Positions 1 through 8,437 are shown, counted from the first letter of the stretch. The stretch is 39,717 bases of DNA from a virus (IMGVR_UViG_3300032334_000676:1-39717); one strand, 5' to 3'. A program made the numbers and translations. The notes: generated by a model not told the origin, from the sequence alone.

Positions 1-123
1 ATTGTTTGCTAGCTAACCCGACAAAAACCCGACAACTTTGACGCAAGTAGTTGATAAATAAGTAGTTTCAAACATTGAGCCTAATTGAGCGTAAGGATGA
101 TGATGTCACTGTTACACACTTGG
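1..123. repeat. Terminal direct repeat / circular overlap, left copy
   Basis: 1-123 is identical to 39595-39717 (attgtttgct...cacttgg). It may be an assembly overlap rather than a biological terminal repeat. Confidence 0.95.
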
Positions 124-229
124 CTATATAATTTTAAGATTAAATCCATCATTAACGGTTGCCTTGTGTAGTCAATGGTTGCATAAAATAGCTCGTTTTT
201 CGTTAGTTACCCGACATTTTCCCGACATT
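15..229. other. Putative attP region
   Basis: Non-coding gap between the convergent endolysin and integrase stops. Paired arm-type repeats AACCCGACAA (15-24, 26-35) and CCCGACATT (210-218, 221-229), an IHF consensus CAAGTAGTTGATA (44-56), and a tandem TTGAGC(C/G)TAA (75-94). Confidence 0.75.
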
Positions 230-1231
230 CCCAATTTTAGATAACTTTGATTTTAGCCTCTCCCGCGAGGCATGAGCATACACTTTATGTACGGCTTGGG
301 TATGCCCCAAAATCGCCGCCGCATCCCTCTCCCCAATGCCTTCCTCAAACAATCGCGAGGCCAACGTATGCCGGAGCCAATGGAAGGTTGCGTTTGGGAC
401 TCCGGCCTTAGCTACTGCCTGCCGGAAGCGATCCCGTAAGGCGCATTCGCTAGCATTCTCAGGAGGATAGTCATCAACGGATAGGTTTCTTAGGAAATCG
501 GCAAGGTGGGGGTGCATTGATTTAACAATAGGCCTATCCCCTTGCTTCTTCTCTCGAAAGCGTATCTCGCCTTGCATGAAATCAACGTCCTCCCTACGCA
601 CTTTTACGGCTTCCGAGATCCTAGCCCCCGTCCAGATCGCTATCTTGGCACAGGTCAGCCCCCATCCGGATAGGTGTGAGAAGATTTTCTCTTCCTCTTC
701 GTAAGTCAACCCTCTGCGCTCTTTTCGGGGGCTACGATCTCCACTAATCTTTTTCATCATGGAGTAGGAGAAGAACTGAGCTTTGGAATATCCCTTAGCC
801 ATGACGAATTTCCAGAAGCTAGAGAATGAGGCGAACATGGATCTCTTGGTTGAGTAGGATGTGGGCTCAGAATTTAGCGATGCCACTATCTCTTGAGCGT
901 CTGCCTCATTGAAGTGGGCAACTAGCTTGTCATTGAATCGAGCTAATCTCTTAGGGACGGTGGATTGGTGGTTTGCGAATGTGCCATGCCTAGCGGTCTT
1001 GCGATCAATCTCAGTCCATTCCGCAATCGCCTCTTTAATCGTGATGGGCTTTACATATTCCAAGCCAACTGCGATGCAGGCTATCTCCTTCTCTTTGCGA
1101 AGGCGGAGTTCGTGAACTTCGATGGGAGGGGCTTTGCCTTCAGCACGAAACTTCGTACTGACTTGCTTCCATTTGCCATCCTGTTGCCATCCAAGATGCC
1201 AATGTCCCGCCCTCCGGAAGATAGATGCCAT
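203..1231 (-). CDS. int: Tyrosine integrase
   Basis: Catalytic motifs TGARISEA (R), FHWLRHT (HxxR), LGHT (H) and downstream Y; N-terminal arm-binding-like segment. Confidence 0.93.
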   Translation of the reverse strand: MASIFRRAGHWHLGWQQDGKWKQVSTKFRAEGKAPPIEVHELRLRKEKEIACIAVGLEYVKPITIKEAIAEWTEIDRKTARHGTFANHQSTVPKRLARFNDKLVAHFNEADAQEIVASLNSEPTSYSTKRSMFASFSSFWKFVMAKGYSKAQFFSYSMMKKISGDRSPRKERRGLTYEEEEKIFSHLSGWGLTCAKIAIWTGARISEAVKVRREDVDFMQGEIRFREKKQGDRPIVKSMHPHLADFLRNLSVDDYPPENASECALRDRFRQAVAKAGVPNATFHWLRHTLASRLFEEGIGERDAAAILGHTQAVHKVYAHASRERLKSKLSKIGNVGKMSGN

Positions 1232-1474
1232 TTATACGATGTCTTTTAATGCTCGTCCTCGAAGGACGATTGCCGGAGTGTGTGTGGGTCCGGTAAATAT
1301 CATGTCATGGACTGCATTCACCGCTTCTATTACTACCAAATTACATGAATAGTTTAAGAGCTTAGAAATCTTATCGAGTTTTTCTCGAGTTTCTTTCGGA
1401 GCCCTGAATCCTATTGTGTCTGAAAGGCCCCCCTCTCTCTTTGAGGGAGCCCGATGTTTTATGGGTTGTGTCAT
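1232..1474 (-). CDS. Ribbon-helix-helix (Arc/CopG-like) regulator, probable repressor
   Basis: TIGFRAPKETREKLDKISKLLNYSCNLVVIEAV fits the RHH strand-helix-helix pattern. It is divergent from the lytic operon and its stop abuts the int ATG (TAAATG). Confidence 0.7.
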   Translation of the reverse strand: MTQPIKHRAPSKREGGLSDTIGFRAPKETREKLDKISKLLNYSCNLVVIEAVNAVHDMIFTGPTHTPAIVLRGRALKDIV

Positions 1475-1510
1475 GTAAGAAGATTACATGGTGCGTAGGT
1501 AAGTGTGCAA
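1472..1510 (-). promoter_or_regulatory. Leaderless sigma70-like promoter with overlapping palindromic operator
   Basis: Minus strand reads TTGCAC-N18-TAATCT-N6-ATG. The perfect inverted repeat CATGTAA-GAAGA-TTACATG (1472-1490) covers the -10 and start codon. Confidence 0.65.
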
Positions 1511-1624
1511 TACCTAGAGGGAGGTAATAAGAATAACTTATAGGCATACAAAGGCAAAGTAATACTTACAAAGGCTTATTACATACTGCTTGTGGTTTGA
1601 CTACACAACCTCTAGTCAGTGCGT

Positions 1625-1951
1625 ATGGAGAGTGTAGTACAAAAGAGCGCGGAACTCAAAAAAGAATGGTGGAATGTTCGCGATGTCGCTCTTTTCTTAG
1701 GGATTAAACCATCTTCCGCAAAGGTCTGGCTTTGGAGAAATAATGTCCGGCGTTGCAAAGGGAATAATCGCTTAACTCATAGAAGTTGGGTTGAGGCCTG
1801 CCTCGTCAATGGCAAGCGTCCGGAAAGAAAAAAGCGTGTTACGCTAGATGTCCTAGGTCGGGTGATAGATTTGTCGGTCAAACCAAAACAAAACCCAAAC
1901 CAAGAAAGCACAAATGAAAATGAATCAAACTATGCCCCTGAAGTCGGTTAA
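1625..1951 (+). CDS. HTH DNA-binding protein (excisionase/Cox-like)
   Basis: EWWNVRDVALFLGIKPSSAKVWLWR resembles MerR-like/Xis HTH; first gene divergent from the repressor. Confidence 0.65.
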   Translation: MESVVQKSAELKKEWWNVRDVALFLGIKPSSAKVWLWRNNVRRCKGNNRLTHRSWVEACLVNGKRPERKKRVTLDVLGRVIDLSVKPKQNPNQESTNENESNYAPEVG

Positions 1952-2594
1952 CATTCGAGGCGGGAAAACGTATAATCTGGTTGAAGGCCGGATTGCGGTA
2001 CTAATTCAAAGTTACCCACGATGCTCTATCGTCACTGAGATTATCGGTGATCCAACTGAGCGTGTGATTATGAAGGCGAAGGTCACTCCAGATACAGATA
2101 GGCCGGAACGCTACTTTGTGGGGCATTCTCAGGCTAAATGGGAAGGGAATATCAACTCGAATGCCGCTCTTGAGAATGCGGAGACTTCAGCGATTGGCAG
2201 GGCATTAGCCGCTATGGGACTTGGTGGCGGGGCTTCCTACGACGAGATGGTAAAGTGCGGGGCGATTAAGAATGAGGAGTTGATAGTAGTTAGCGGAGAG
2301 AAAGAAGATCCTAAACAGGATAGTAAGATCGTTAAGATGGAGATTCCTGCTGAGAATCTTACCTCTGCCGACTCCATCCAAAAGGTTGAGGCTTTCCTAA
2401 TAGCCAACAAAGACATTACTTCCTGCGATCTTGTTGAGTTCTTGGCGGATCAGGGAAGGCAGTTTGATTCTACGGATGTTCAGGGTGATTGGGTTCGGCT
2501 TCCGGAAAAGCTCATTACGGAATTGGCATCCAAGGTGGACAAGCTCGCTAAGGCAGTAAGGGTATGGAAGAAAAAGCGAATCGAGAGCGTGTAA
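1914..2594 (+). CDS. Putative single-strand annealing protein (Sak/Rad52-like)
   Basis: ALENAETSAIGRALA motif seen in phage annealing proteins; adjacent to an exonuclease. Confidence 0.55.
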   Translation: MKMNQTMPLKSVNIRGGKTYNLVEGRIAVLIQSYPRCSIVTEIIGDPTERVIMKAKVTPDTDRPERYFVGHSQAKWEGNINSNAALENAETSAIGRALAAMGLGGGASYDEMVKCGAIKNEELIVVSGEKEDPKQDSKIVKMEIPAENLTSADSIQKVEAFLIANKDITSCDLVEFLADQGRQFDSTDVQGDWVRLPEKLITELASKVDKLAKAVRVWKKKRIESV

Positions 2595-2595
2595 G

Positions 2596-3363
2596 ATGAC
2601 TAAACATAGCCCAAAAGGGATAAAGAAGAAGAAGGTTGGCGAGGTATCAGCACACCTCCAAAAGAGGTTTGCTGAGTACGGAATCACCCTGCCCCAAAAA
2701 GAACACAAGGTGGTGAAGCTGGATCTTAATGAGCCTCATCAGAAATACTTCCTCAAGGACGGAACCGAGGTGGACGGGACTACAAGGGCTTTGGTGTATG
2801 TTCCTAAGCCTGCCCTAGTTCATTGGGGCGCGAAGCTAGGCAGGGAGGGCAAGAGTCCGGACAAGGAACTTAAAACCGCAGGAAGGATCGGTACGATTAC
2901 CCACTTCCTCTGTCAATGTGATCTTCTTGGCTGGGAGCCTGACCTATCCGATTGTGACGGGGATGAGGTTAAGTCTGCTCAGATAGCATTTGGGGCTTAC
3001 CGCAAGTGGTTCGAGGGGGCAGGTCTCCGTCCGGTAGCCGTTGAGATGCAGTTGGTATCTGAGTGCTATCGCTTTGGAGGAACGATTGACCTGATCGGCC
3101 TCGACGAGCATGAGGATCTGACTCTTGTGGACTTTAAAACAAGTGGAGGCCTATACGATTCTTACGATTATCAAGTTGCGGCTTATGCAACCTTGTTCGA
3201 GGAGAACTACCGCCGACTTCCGATTCGCAACCTACTCCTAGTGCGAATTGATAAAACCAAAGGAGTCCATCAAACCCGCCTTCTGACCGCATGGAAACGG
3301 CAATGGGAAGTGTATGTTGCACTTCTTCGGTTGGCGAAACGCATAAAGGATATTTCAGCGTAG
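2596..3363 (+). CDS. PD-(D/E)xK exonuclease (RecB/Cas4-like fold)
   Basis: GTITH, GGTIDLI, VDFKT and QVAAY motifs. Confidence 0.85.
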   Translation: MTKHSPKGIKKKKVGEVSAHLQKRFAEYGITLPQKEHKVVKLDLNEPHQKYFLKDGTEVDGTTRALVYVPKPALVHWGAKLGREGKSPDKELKTAGRIGTITHFLCQCDLLGWEPDLSDCDGDEVKSAQIAFGAYRKWFEGAGLRPVAVEMQLVSECYRFGGTIDLIGLDEHEDLTLVDFKTSGGLYDSYDYQVAAYATLFEENYRRLPIRNLLLVRIDKTKGVHQTRLLTAWKRQWEVYVALLRLAKRIKDISA

Positions 3364-3407
3364 TAAAAGTGTAACAAGCCTTTACAAGCTGAAGTAGTTA
3401 AATAACA

Positions 3408-3635
3408 ATGCCATACGAACCTAGAGAGGGATCAGGTGTTCTGTTCCCTGAAAGAGATAAGAAGAATGAGAAAGCCCCTGATTTCAAGGGGAACATCCTC
3501 ATCGGCGGAAATCAAATCCGTATCGCAGGATGGAAGAAGCAGGGTCAGAAGGGGACGTTCATCTCCCTTTCGGTTGACCAGAAACCCAAAGCTCCCGCCA
3601 AGGCTAATGAGCCTGAAGCAGACTTTGATTTTTAA
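3408..3635 (+). CDS. Small putative ssDNA-binding protein (DUF736-like)
   Basis: KNEKAPDFKG...IAGWKK...FISLSV pattern with acidic/aromatic C-terminus ADFDF. Confidence 0.6.
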   Translation: MPYEPREGSGVLFPERDKKNEKAPDFKGNILIGGNQIRIAGWKKQGQKGTFISLSVDQKPKAPAKANEPEADFDF

Positions 3636-3655
3636 GCGGAGATAGAGGTGAAGCA

Positions 3656-3976
3656 ATGCGGCCCCGAGAAAAGTTTCTTCTTTTGTGGAAAGCGGCCTCG
3701 GGGCCGCGATTGCACGAAGAATATAAATTTCATCCGAAGCGAAGATGGAAGGCTGACTTCCGATACGACTCTTCCCGACTTGGCCCAATTCATATTGAAA
3801 TTGAAGGGGGCATTTGGCTTGGAGGAAAGGCGAGGCATACCTCGGGTGTCGGTTACTGGAAGGACTGCGAAAAGTATAACGAGGCTTGTCTCATGGGAAT
3901 CAAGGTCATCCGACTTGCGGGGCCTCTAATCAACCATGAATACATCACAAGATTGGCCGGATGGATTCGAGGGTGA
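3656..3976 (+). CDS. Putative endonuclease (DUF559/Vsr-like PD-(D/E)xK)
   Basis: EYKFHPKRRWKADF...IEIEGG...RH...DCEKYNEA...G..VIR signature. Confidence 0.75.
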   Translation: MRPREKFLLLWKAASGPRLHEEYKFHPKRRWKADFRYDSSRLGPIHIEIEGGIWLGGKARHTSGVGYWKDCEKYNEACLMGIKVIRLAGPLINHEYITRLAGWIRG

Positions 3977-4148
3977 GGCTCCTGAAATTGGCATGAGTGG
4001 GTTCCCTGATGACTCCAAGTACACAAGAGACATGGCTCGCGACGATAAGAAGAAGCTCGAGGCCTTCTTAGCCAAGAGGGGGCTTGTATCCAAAAGCTAC
4101 AACGACTTCTTCTGGCAAAGCCGAACCAAAAGGAAAAACAAAAAATGA
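3936..4148 (+). CDS. Hypothetical protein (start may be 3993)
   Basis: ORF in the operon, ATGA-coupled to the next gene. Confidence 0.5.
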   Translation: MNTSQDWPDGFEGEAPEIGMSGFPDDSKYTRDMARDDKKKLEAFLAKRGLVSKSYNDFFWQSRTKRKNKK

Positions 4149-4396
4149 TATTCAAAGGAATCACAATTCATGACGGGCATGAACCATCCTACTTCTGTCG
4201 TGGGTCAATGCATCGGCTTTCGATAGGGGAAATCTTAACCAGAGGAATAAGCGAACTAATGAAGAAAAAGAAAACTAAGAAGGAAACAACAATCAAGAAC
4301 GTCAACTTTAGCCCACTTATGAAAGCAAGTATCAGCCGACAACTGCTGATGTGGGCGAAGAGTAAGAGTCTTGAGAAGGTAGAGTTGGATAAATGA
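4145..4396 (+). CDS. Hypothetical protein
   Basis: ATGA overlaps at both ends. Confidence 0.6.
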   Translation: MIFKGITIHDGHEPSYFCRGSMHRLSIGEILTRGISELMKKKKTKKETTIKNVNFSPLMKASISRQLLMWAKSKSLEKVELDK

Positions 4397-4608
4397 GGCA
4401 TATCGAAAGAGGCCTCGATTGGATGTGGGACATTATGATCGGAGTATCCATCAACCTGAAGAAGCTGTCAGCGCAGGCCGATCATCCTACGAATCATATT
4501 GTAAAGGAGATCCGCCAACAAGTTGAGTCGGCTGAGAAGATTTTAGGAGAAGTGATTAAGTCTCACAAGAAACAGAAAGAGGAACAAAAGAAAGCAAGGA
4601 AGGAGTAG
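4393..4608 (+). CDS. Hypothetical protein
   Basis: ATGA overlap with the previous ORF. Confidence 0.6.
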   Translation: MRHIERGLDWMWDIMIGVSINLKKLSAQADHPTNHIVKEIRQQVESAEKILGEVIKSHKKQKEEQKKARKE

Positions 4609-4610
4609 CT

Positions 4611-4928
4611 GTGGAAAAATTCAAAACAGGATCAGTAAGGGACACTCGGGAGGGAAAGGGCAGATATGATCTTATCCCTCCGGAGGCAATCCATGAGTTA
4701 GCCATTCACTTTGAGGTCGGAGCCCAAAAGTACGGAGATCGGAATTGGGAGTTGGGTCAACCCATAAGCCGGATCATGGACTCAGCTTTACGCCATGCCT
4801 TCTCATATATGGCAAAGAAGCCCGAGGAGAATCACCTCGCGGCGGCTTGCTGGAATCTCATGGCCGCGATGACGATCAGGGCTCGCGTGGCAAAGGGCGA
4901 ACTCCCTGCGGAGCTAGACGATCTATGA
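4611..4928 (+). CDS. DUF5664 / dATP-dGTP diphosphohydrolase N-terminal-type protein
   Basis: FKTGSVRD..GKGRYDLIP...GAQKYGDRNWELG...SALRH...HLAAACWN; SD AAGGAG upstream of the GTG. Confidence 0.85.
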   Translation: MEKFKTGSVRDTREGKGRYDLIPPEAIHELAIHFEVGAQKYGDRNWELGQPISRIMDSALRHAFSYMAKKPEENHLAAACWNLMAAMTIRARVAKGELPAELDDL

Positions 4929-5119
4929 AAGAACCAGAAGAAGAATTAACTGAGGGAGAAAAGGATTGGCTAGATATGGCTAAGAAAAATCCTTGGCTTT
5001 TCAGCAACTACGGGGACGTACGCAAAGACGTACAGGAAGATGAGGAGGATGACTGCTCAGAGACATCCTTCCAAAAGTTCTGCGACTACTCCGGCAACAA
5101 TAGGTATCCAACAGAATGA
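4925..5119 (+). CDS. Acidic hypothetical protein
   Basis: ATG at 4925 overlaps the previous stop; its own stop overlaps the GT9 start. Confidence 0.6.
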   Translation: MKEPEEELTEGEKDWLDMAKKNPWLFSNYGDVRKDVQEDEEDDCSETSFQKFCDYSGNNRYPTE

Positions 5120-6159
5120 GAATCCTAACTCCTGAAATTGATTTGGCCTATGACAAGACTACAACCTTAAAGGCTGGCGTTAGCTATGTGGTGGAGCCAA
5201 GAGCGGCTGGGGCTTTGCTTATGCGTCTGGATGGACTTGCCTCAGTTGAGGGATGCGAGTTGCCTAAGTATGATCGAAAGGCTGACTACAACGGAAAGAC
5301 TCTGACAATCCTGAGGGCGGGGGGCATAGGAGACATTCTCTTAATCACTCCGCTTATAGAGGCGATTCAGGCTGAGTGGCCGGAGGTTAAGCTAGAGGTT
5401 TGTTGCGTTAAGAGATGCGAGCTAGCCGTTCATTCCTTGTGTAGTCACTTGCCATATCCTACACCGCATTCTGAATTATTGAAGCGGGATGCCATTCTCA
5501 ATCTAACCAACTCAGTTGAGGAAGAACACGATCTTCATGCCGTTCATGCCTTCGGAGCTAAGGCTGGATTTTACGATCTTCCTCTTCGATTAAAGTATCA
5601 GAACGATAAGGCGTTGGTCGGAGATATGCTCATTCGTTATCCCAAGAGGGCGAAGGTGAGAGTCGGTGTTCAGATGAAGGCCTCATCCAAGGTTCGGTGT
5701 TATCCTTATATGTCTGATGTTATTGCTGGTTTGATAGATCGCGGGGTACAGGTTGTGCTGTTTGACGAGCCGGAGGCTACGAGTGTTATTGGTCAATCGG
5801 AACTGATTCTCAATGGATCAATGGAGAGATGGACGCTCGAAGAGTCGGTGGCTTTGCTTGAATCCTGCGATCTGGTCATAGCTCCTGACTCAGCGTTCAT
5901 CCACTTCGGATGCGCTTTGGATGTAGCTACATTAGGACTCTATGGATCGTTTCATTTCTCCAAGAGGGCAACCCTAGGGAATGCGAAAAACTATTTTATT
6001 CAAGCCGGAGGAGATTGCTCTCCTTGCAATCATCATGGATTAGGTGGTTTGCCTTGGCCGAAAGGTGCTCCATGTAACCGGAGCGGGTTGTGCAATGTCT
6101 TGGCTGGGATTGAGCCCGAGAGAGTTGTCAGAAAGGCGATGCAGTTATGTTCGCCATGA
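5116..6159 (+). CDS. Glycosyltransferase family 9 (ADP-heptose:LPS heptosyltransferase-like)
   Basis: RAGGIGDILLITPLIEAI...WP and CDLVIAPDSAFIHFGCALDVATLGLYG motifs; C-terminal CSPC...C...C. Confidence 0.85.
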   Translation: MRILTPEIDLAYDKTTTLKAGVSYVVEPRAAGALLMRLDGLASVEGCELPKYDRKADYNGKTLTILRAGGIGDILLITPLIEAIQAEWPEVKLEVCCVKRCELAVHSLCSHLPYPTPHSELLKRDAILNLTNSVEEEHDLHAVHAFGAKAGFYDLPLRLKYQNDKALVGDMLIRYPKRAKVRVGVQMKASSKVRCYPYMSDVIAGLIDRGVQVVLFDEPEATSVIGQSELILNGSMERWTLEESVALLESCDLVIAPDSAFIHFGCALDVATLGLYGSFHFSKRATLGNAKNYFIQAGGDCSPCNHHGLGGLPWPKGAPCNRSGLCNVLAGIEPERVVRKAMQLCSP

Positions 6160-6239
6160 ACGGGGGTGAGGCAATTCAGGTGCTTGCGTTCAGCCTAATC
6201 CTGATAGCGGTAATTGAGACAATATGGGGCAAACCATGA
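6156..6239 (+). CDS. 27-aa single-TM peptide (not in ORF track)
   Basis: MNGGEAIQVLAFSLILIAVIETIWGKP; ATGA overlaps with both the GT9 stop and the helicase start. Confidence 0.6.
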   Translation: MNGGEAIQVLAFSLILIAVIETIWGKP

Positions 6240-7555
6240 GTGCATTAACTGTATTCTCCTCTGCTACTTGGGGGCCTGTCGAGAAGGCTATCCTCTCTGC
6301 CCTAGCTCATGACTTCGGGGAGAAGGAGCGGATTCTGGATGAGGTTCAGGCGAAGGACTTCTTCTTGCCGGAAGCTCAAAGCCTCTTCACCTATATGGCT
6401 GAAGAGATCAACTCCGGCAGGGCTGTGGATTGTGCTTCCCTCCTTGCCCTGTCCACAAACGAGACAACTAGGAATCTCATCATAGATATATCCGGATCAA
6501 TGCCGACAACGCCAACTCAGGCTGACTCTCATATCAGCAAGCTCAAGGAGCTATCCCGCCTAAGATCAATCAATCGAGCAATCGAGGAGGCGAGGATGAA
6601 GCTCGAGAGATCGGAGCCTTCTATTGAGATTGCAACATCCTTGGAGGGGGCGATGCGGGAGGTGGAGACGGATGCCCCATCTCAAGCGATAACGATTGCG
6701 GAGTGTGCTGATAGGGCTTTGGAGGGAGTTCGGGCGGCTATCAATCGTGGTTGTTTATATGCCGGAATCCCATCCGGAATCCCCAAGCTGGATCAAATCT
6801 GCGGGGGCTGGCAGGCCGGACAACTGATCGGGCTGGCCGCTAGGACTGGTGAGGGTAAGACCGCCCTTGCTCTCCAACTTTCTCTTTTTGCCTCAGGAAA
6901 CAAGTGGGATGCGGAGAAGAAGGATTGGGGAAACAAGGGTCATAAGATTGTCATGGTTGAATTAGAGATGAGCTCGAGAGAACTAGGTCATAGGGCTTTG
7001 GCTCATCTTGGGGGGCCTTCGATGTGGAAGATGCGGGATGCCTCGAACATGACGGACTTCGATAAGATCCAACTTCAGTCGGCAAGGGATCGGCTCGAAG
7101 GCTTGCCTTTCTATATCGAAGATCCGGCTAGGATTCGTCTCTCCGACTTAAGGGCAAGGGCTAGGCGATGGAGGAAGAGGATGGGGATGGAGATGCTGAT
7201 CGTCGATCTGTTGGGCAAAGTCTCTCCTGACACAAGAGAGAGGGAGCGGTATCGGGAGGTAGCTATTGTATCTCATGGGCTGAAGGCCTTGGCGAAGGAG
7301 CTAGGCATTCCGGTGATGGCAGTTTGTCAGTTGAGTCGGGATGCGGTGGGGGATGGTGAGGCAGGCCTGCATCATCTTCGGGAGTCCGGTGATCTTGAGC
7401 AGGATATGGATGTCGCTCTCCTGCTGACCAAGAAGGACGACAATATCCGGAAGCTCAAGGTGGCTAAGAACCGGAACGGATTCTTAGGTCACGTGGATCT
7501 GATGTTTGACGGAGACAAACAAACATTCAAGGAGTTCACCCCGCAAGCTATATGA
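6236..7555 (+). CDS. dnaB: Replicative DnaB-like helicase
   Basis: Walker A ARTGEGKT, LEMS, LIVD, LKALAKEL, QLSR, LRESGDLEQD, AKNRNG; DnaB N-terminal domain present. Confidence 0.93.
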   Translation: MSALTVFSSATWGPVEKAILSALAHDFGEKERILDEVQAKDFFLPEAQSLFTYMAEEINSGRAVDCASLLALSTNETTRNLIIDISGSMPTTPTQADSHISKLKELSRLRSINRAIEEARMKLERSEPSIEIATSLEGAMREVETDAPSQAITIAECADRALEGVRAAINRGCLYAGIPSGIPKLDQICGGWQAGQLIGLAARTGEGKTALALQLSLFASGNKWDAEKKDWGNKGHKIVMVELEMSSRELGHRALAHLGGPSMWKMRDASNMTDFDKIQLQSARDRLEGLPFYIEDPARIRLSDLRARARRWRKRMGMEMLIVDLLGKVSPDTRERERYREVAIVSHGLKALAKELGIPVMAVCQLSRDAVGDGEAGLHHLRESGDLEQDMDVALLLTKKDDNIRKLKVAKNRNGFLGHVDLMFDGDKQTFKEFTPQAI

Positions 7556-7815
7556 AAATAAATAAGATCAAACAAATCATAAACGACTATTGGTGCGACC
7601 ACGAAATCATGTTGGCAGATGGATTCGACGATGCCCTTGTAGGTGTTGGCTGGGCTTTCGATAAGTCTCCCTCTGCTGTGTATGACAGAGAGAAGTGCAT
7701 CAAGATTCTCATGAGGGATAACAAGTGGAATAGATCAGATGCAGAGGAATACTTTGGATACAATGTGGAGGGTGCGTTTGTTGGAGATAAGACTCCCATA
7801 TTCCTAGAGAGGTAA
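7552..7815 (+). CDS. Conserved phage hypothetical protein
   Basis: ADGFDDALVG...AVYDREKCI...AEEYF.YNV.GA.VG..TPIF pattern recurrent in aquatic phages. Confidence 0.7.
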   Translation: MKINKIKQIINDYWCDHEIMLADGFDDALVGVGWAFDKSPSAVYDREKCIKILMRDNKWNRSDAEEYFGYNVEGAFVGDKTPIFLER

Positions 7816-7830
7816 TACCTATCGGGATTA

Positions 7831-8040
7831 GTGGAGATAATGGATACAGAACTTGGGCCTCTAAACATAGAGAAGGCTATTGAGCTAGCTAAGATGGGCG
7901 AAGTTAGTCTTGTGCCGATCCGCCGTGGTATTACAGACATAAAGTTGAATTGTCTTTTGTTCGATATTCTAACGGAACGAGGATTCAAACTGGACTTTCT
8001 AACAGGAACTTATGGTACGACCACTATACGAAACGGCTGA
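7831..8040 (+). CDS. Hypothetical protein
   Basis: ORF filling the operon gap. Confidence 0.45.
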   Translation: MEIMDTELGPLNIEKAIELAKMGEVSLVPIRRGITDIKLNCLLFDILTERGFKLDFLTGTYGTTTIRNG

Positions 8041-8437
8041 ACAGCGGGAGGCTAACGCAAAGTTAGCTGACTATTGGGGGGAGAAGATGGGCTATCAGCT
8101 AGACATTTCCCCTAAAGCTTGCCTCTTTGATTACTATGTTCGCACTCCGCTTAATCAGTGGGGCTTGGCTGAAATGCGTGTAAGAAGCTGTTCCAAGGAT
8201 AAGCACGAAACATTCTTTATATCGGCAACGAAGTGGAAGAACCTCACCCAACTCTCCGAAAGATTTCACGCTCCGCTTTTCTTGGTGGTGCGTTGGAGTG
8301 ATGGAGATGGGTACTTCCTTTGGCATGGTCAGAAGTTCGGGAAGGGATGGGGAGGCCGGAAGTCCTGCAACGTAAGGGACTCTTACGATCAGGAGGAACT
8401 GATTCAGATTCCGATAGCGGAGTTCAGGCCTTTCTAA
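8012..8437 (+). CDS. PD-(D/E)xK-like nuclease-fold protein
   Basis: FDY...AEMRVR...ISATKW...VVRWSDG...GGR...D..DQE pattern; ExR in place of ExK. Confidence 0.55.
   Translation: MVRPLYETAEQREANAKLADYWGEKMGYQLDISPKACLFDYYVRTPLNQWGLAEMRVRSCSKDKHETFFISATKWKNLTQLSERFHAPLFLVVRWSDGDGYFLWHGQKFGKGWGGRKSCNVRDSYDQEELIQIPIAEFRPF

Noticed and set aside
1-123. T7-like biological terminal repeat
   Set aside because: It spans the endolysin 3' end and attP rather than the terS region. A circular assembly overlap is more likely; read-end data are needed to decide.
97-132. Short frame DDDVTVTHLAI-stop resembling a tmRNA tag
   Set aside because: No tRNA-like domain, no typical resume codon context and no AA C-terminus; probably chance.
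120-150. dif-like XerCD site in attP (ATAA...TTAA..AAAT)
   Set aside because: Poor match to the XerD arm TTATGTTAAAT, and the phage encodes its own integrase with arm-type sites.
4611-4928. Z-genome (2-aminoadenine) pathway suggested by the DUF5664 protein
   Set aside because: No PurZ, HD-type DatZ or phage DNA polymerase is recognisable.
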